Positions 61,173 to 63,833 of a stretch of 63,833 nucleotides of DNA are shown piece after piece. Position 1 is the first letter of the stretch; the number at the start of each line of letters is the position of its first letter. The notes below the pieces were generated by a model. The model was not told the origin of the DNA and ran no database searches. It worked only from the letters and a program-made list of their open reading frames with translations. Source of the stretch: Candidatus Kaiserbacteria bacterium. GTDB lineage: Bacteria > Patescibacteriota > Minisyncoccia > Phycocordibacterales > UBA2100. The stretch is from NCBI GenBank assembly GCA_021413775.1, contig JAIOPS010000026.1:1-63833 (forward strand), read 5' to 3'. The translations under genes and the position numbers were made by a program.

Positions 61173-61767
61173 AGCATTCTTCGCAAATATATTTGCCTTT
61201 ATCAACGATTTCGTCAGGCCCCTTAGCGACCTCCGGAATTATGGGGTTGGCGAGAATGAACGGGTCGTGACGGATTCCGGTGACCTGCCACGACACTCTG
61301 CCGTTTGGTGCGCCGCCCGCGATTGCGACAGACGGCGAACCGAAAAGCCCGAGGAAGCGCGGCTTTACTTCGCTCGAGAGGTACATCTCCGGCATCGGCT
61401 CTCCTATCGCCGTCGCGAGATACCGGAAGTCCTGATTGAGCGCGAGAAAATATGCAGGAAGAACTACGGTTGCCTCTCCTTTCTCGTCGAGCGTGACAAT
61501 ACCGTCGTACATGTTTTTTGCGTCAGGCGATTCCACAAACGAGTGAAAGAGGAGCATGTTCTTGGGGTCCAGCGGATGGTCGATGACGAACGTGCCCGCG
61601 CCCTTCGAAAGAACTCCTGTGATAGACGCGCTGCCCGCAGTCGAGCTCTTCGAGAGCTTTATGGTCGTGTGCGAAAATTGCGCATGCGCACGGACGGGCA
61701 GGAAGAGGGCCAGCCCAATCAGAGAAACTCCAAGTAGAGAGTACAAAGAGAGTGCCTGGGCGCGCAT
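61162..61767 (-). CDS. exported 'HSFVESPD' domain protein (paralogue D1), first gene of the operon
   Basis: Signal peptide ...LFLPVRAHA, then SKGAGTFVIDHPLDPKNMLLFHSFVESPDAKNMYDG...GRVSWQVTGIRHD. Confidence 0.65.
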   Translation of the reverse strand: MRAQALSLYSLLGVSLIGLALFLPVRAHAQFSHTTIKLSKSSTAGSASITGVLSKGAGTFVIDHPLDPKNMLLFHSFVESPDAKNMYDGIVTLDEKGEATVVLPAYFLALNQDFRYLATAIGEPMPEMYLSSEVKPRFLGLFGSPSVAIAGGAPNGRVSWQVTGIRHDPFILANPIIPEVAKGPDEIVDKGKYICEECYAQ

Positions 61768-61773
61768 CCGCTT

Positions 61774-61779
61774 AGTATA
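61774..61779 (-). promoter_or_regulatory. -10 box of the 14-gene operon, apparently leaderless
   Basis: Minus strand TATACT, 6 nt, then ATG (61767). The -35 region is weak. Confidence 0.35.
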
Positions 61780-61873
61780 AGGCTGAAAAGCGGAGAATGG
61801 AACCGCTGTGAAGCAGACATCGTGTCAAACGACTTTTGCGAAGAAAAGCCCGTGGGATATACTCCCTACATCT

Positions 61874-62356
61874 ATGCGGACCTACTGGATTATCGGAATT
61901 GTCGCGGCAGCTGTCCTCTTAGCCGGAGGCGGATACATATATAGTGAACGTCCGCATGTACCTTCATATGCCTCGCCCGCAGCACAGCCCCCCGGCCACG
62001 GCATCGTCGGTAATTCTAAGCTTGATACGGACCCTTACGATGTCCTCATAACGTACACCGACGAGGGATTTTCCCCCGCTGACATTTCCATTGCACAGGG
62101 TCAGCGCGTGCGATTCCTTAATAACTCAAAGCAAACGACATGGCCGGCATCGGGTCTCCACCCGACGCACACGCTCTACCCCGAAAAAGAATCCTCCGAT
62201 TGTTTGGGGAGCTCATTCGATTCGTGCGCTGAATTGCAGAAGGGTGAATTTTTTGACTTCACATTTAACTATGCCGGTGTTTGGACATTCCACGACCACC
62301 TGCACCCCTACTCGACCGGCTCCATTACGGTCACCGCATCCTCGACGCAGCAATAA
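61874..62356 (+). CDS. membrane-anchored cupredoxin-like protein, paralogue of 52225-52623
   Basis: ATG at 61874 (MRTYWIIGIVAAAVLLAGGG). Motifs VLITYTDEGFSPADISIAQGQRVRFLNN, WPASGLHPTHTLYP and WTFHDHLHPYSTGSITV. Confidence 0.55.
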   Translation: MRTYWIIGIVAAAVLLAGGGYIYSERPHVPSYASPAAQPPGHGIVGNSKLDTDPYDVLITYTDEGFSPADISIAQGQRVRFLNNSKQTTWPASGLHPTHTLYPEKESSDCLGSSFDSCAELQKGEFFDFTFNYAGVWTFHDHLHPYSTGSITVTASSTQQ

Positions 62357-62412
62357 GAAGCTGCCGCATTCTCACGCGAGCCTGTCCGCTTGCGGCCTGC
62401 GCTTCGATTCTC

Positions 62413-63833
62413 TTATTGAGTACTCTCTGATTCGGGCTTCGAAGATATGACGTGCGTACCTGCGTCGTTGCCGTCCTGGTCCGGGCGGAGGTTCAACCAC
62501 TTCGTGTAATCGTAACGGCTACCCATGAGTCGCACCGAGACCGGTCCGCTCTTGTCCGTAAGGATGTGCAGCGTTTTGTTCGCGATATCCTGTTCGTAAA
62601 ACGCTCTGCCGTCGAATCCGGGCGTAAGTGTGACGACAAGGTTTGTCCAATTTTTCCCGAAGTCCGTCACCTGGTAGAAGAGCCATACGTCACTTCCCAT
62701 CGGAGCCTCGGGGAACGCAATCGCGTAATCGTACAATTTGCGCTTCGCGTCATAGGAAGCGGGCGTAACTTTAAGCGCGACTTCCTCATGTATACCAATC
62801 GTCGAGTGTCCGTAGGTCGCGTACTTCGTACCATCTATTGTATAGACAGGGTCGATGGTGCTCACGTCGAGCTTGCCGTTGATTTTGATGTCGCCGTAGA
62901 AGGTGGAGGTGGCCGTGCCCATGCCGGTTGCGCCGTTGGCGCCTATGAAGAGAAGGCCCGCCGCAGACAATTGCTCGGTTGGTGTACTTGTTCCGATACC
63001 GAGCTTGGCGGCATTGGTCGCAGCGGAGGTTAGGTAAAGCTGAGGAGCGCCGTTCGTGCTCAAAGAGAAACCGGTCCCGTCCTGATACAGGATGCGGCCC
63101 GTGTAATCACTGGAAAGGTTCGCTGAACCTTTGAAATCTATAAACGACGCTGCGTCATTACCGCTTCCTATCTCGATTGCCCCGTCATTCGGACTCACAT
63201 CTACATATCCTGATGAACCGGTGTCTGCGACAGAGAATACCGCCGTCCTTGTAGAGGTACCGACAAGCAGTTTATTTTCAATAATTGCATTTCCAGTACC
63301 GCTTATCGTTCCCCCCGGACACGAACCACCGGCACACACCCACAAGTTGTCGTCGTTGATGCGCACGTCATCGCCCGAAGGATTGATAACGAAGTCTCCG
63401 GAGGAGTCCGTCTGCAACTGCGTGTCGCGAGTATCGTCGTACGCGACGGAGACCTGCGCTGCGGCCACAGTGTCTTTCACGGAGAGTTTCCTGTACGGCG
63501 TCGTCGTGCCGATGCCGACATTTCCTTGAATAATTGCGCCATTCGCGGTTGGAGTAGTACCCGTATAACTTTGACCCAACGCGAGCCCACCATTATTGAA
63601 GAAGCTGAAGTTCTCGGTAACATTGTAGTATCCGCGAAGTCTTCCACTATTGTTGTCCATCGTCCATGCATTAAAACCGGAGCTCTGCCAGACCACTTCG
63701 CCACCGTCAGCCGCACCGTTATTTATATTAATTGCTGAGAAATTCGCCGTACCGGAGAACGTCGGAGATGCGGAAAGCACGACACTCCCCGTGCCTGTGG
63801 AGCTGGTCACGCCGGTACCGCCGTTGGCGACGG
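62413..63833 (-). CDS. tail-fibre-like giant surface protein, C-terminal part (partial, 5' end beyond window)
   Basis: Frame is open to the window edge (...VANGGTGVTSSTGTG...). Contains GNVGIGTTTPYRKLSV and KLGIGTSTPTEQLS fibre-type motifs and a C-terminal globular domain of about 170 aa. Confidence 0.6.
   Translation of the reverse strand, partial: VANGGTGVTSSTGTGSVVLSASPTFSGTANFSAININNGAADGGEVVWQSSGFNAWTMDNNSGRLRGYYNVTENFSFFNNGGLALGQSYTGTTPTANGAIIQGNVGIGTTTPYRKLSVKDTVAAAQVSVAYDDTRDTQLQTDSSGDFVINPSGDDVRINDDNLWVCAGGSCPGGTISGTGNAIIENKLLVGTSTRTAVFSVADTGSSGYVDVSPNDGAIEIGSGNDAASFIDFKGSANLSSDYTGRILYQDGTGFSLSTNGAPQLYLTSAATNAAKLGIGTSTPTEQLSAAGLLFIGANGATGMGTATSTFYGDIKINGKLDVSTIDPVYTIDGTKYATYGHSTIGIHEEVALKVTPASYDAKRKLYDYAIAFPEAPMGSDVWLFYQVTDFGKNWTNLVVTLTPGFDGRAFYEQDIANKTLHILTDKSGPVSVRLMGSRYDYTKWLNLRPDQDGNDAGTHVISSKPESESTQ

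Noticed and set aside
62413-63833. A prophage remnant, suggested by the tail-fibre-like protein.
   Set aside because: No capsid, terminase, portal, baseplate, integrase or lysis genes are in the adjacent 15 kb. The neighbours are cellular exported proteins.
1-63833. A window-wide look for CRISPR arrays, cas genes, transposases/IS ends, reverse transcriptase/DGR template-variable repeat pairs, toxin-antitoxin pairs and rRNA. I also considered alternative genetic code 25 (UGA = Gly).
   Set aside because: I found none of these elements by eye. TGA terminates many ORFs at lengths matching paralogues or orthologues (for example all the ATGA junctions), so the standard code 11 applies.

Overview
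This 63.8-kb window reads like a reduced-genome, monoderm Patescibacteria/CPR (Parcubacteria-like) bacterium of fairly high GC. That placement is an inference from gene content: domain-minimised aaRS, split transketolase, only Rpe/RpiB/GAPDH-type central metabolism, a type IV pilin, a sortase and many exported low-complexity proteins.
Layout:
(i) 1-3.1 kb: dnaE 3' end, two small unknown genes, thrS.
(ii) 3.1-11 kb: ten exported-protein genes including a sortase. Most have their own near-consensus promoter and terminator.
(iii) 11-35.7 kb: housekeeping. gyrB, pheST, a GT2 glycosyltransferase, a thioredoxin-like protein, a CsoR-like/rhodanese/persulfide-dioxygenase-like cluster, tRNA-Thr, tsf, rpsB, prfA, rpmE, a murein transglycosylase, rplY, a sugar kinase, a SleB-like hydrolase, split tkt, rpe, a pilin, rpiB, gap, surface proteins and an O-antigen-ligase-like protein.
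(iv) 35.9-48 kb: accessory island. It holds three orphan solute receptors (two Bug/TctC, one TRAP DctP), four PaaK-superfamily ORFs in two pairs, an aromatic-type FAD monooxygenase and two paralogous unknown proteins.
(v) 48-61.8 kb: the most striking feature, a 13.8-kb, 14-gene, single-strand, translationally coupled operon of exported proteins. It encodes nine paralogues of an unrecognised Cys/His-rich family, a Cys-less cupredoxin-like protein, an LPSTG-anchored protein and three paralogues with an 'HSFVESPD' domain, one carrying a ~50% tyrosine repeat.
(vi) 61.9-63.8 kb: a second cupredoxin-like gene and the 3' part of a tail-fibre-like giant surface protein.
I saw no rRNA, CRISPR array, transposase, integrase or reverse transcriptase. 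TGA acts as a stop codon. All functional calls come from reading the translated ORFs and the DNA by eye; no database or structure search was run.
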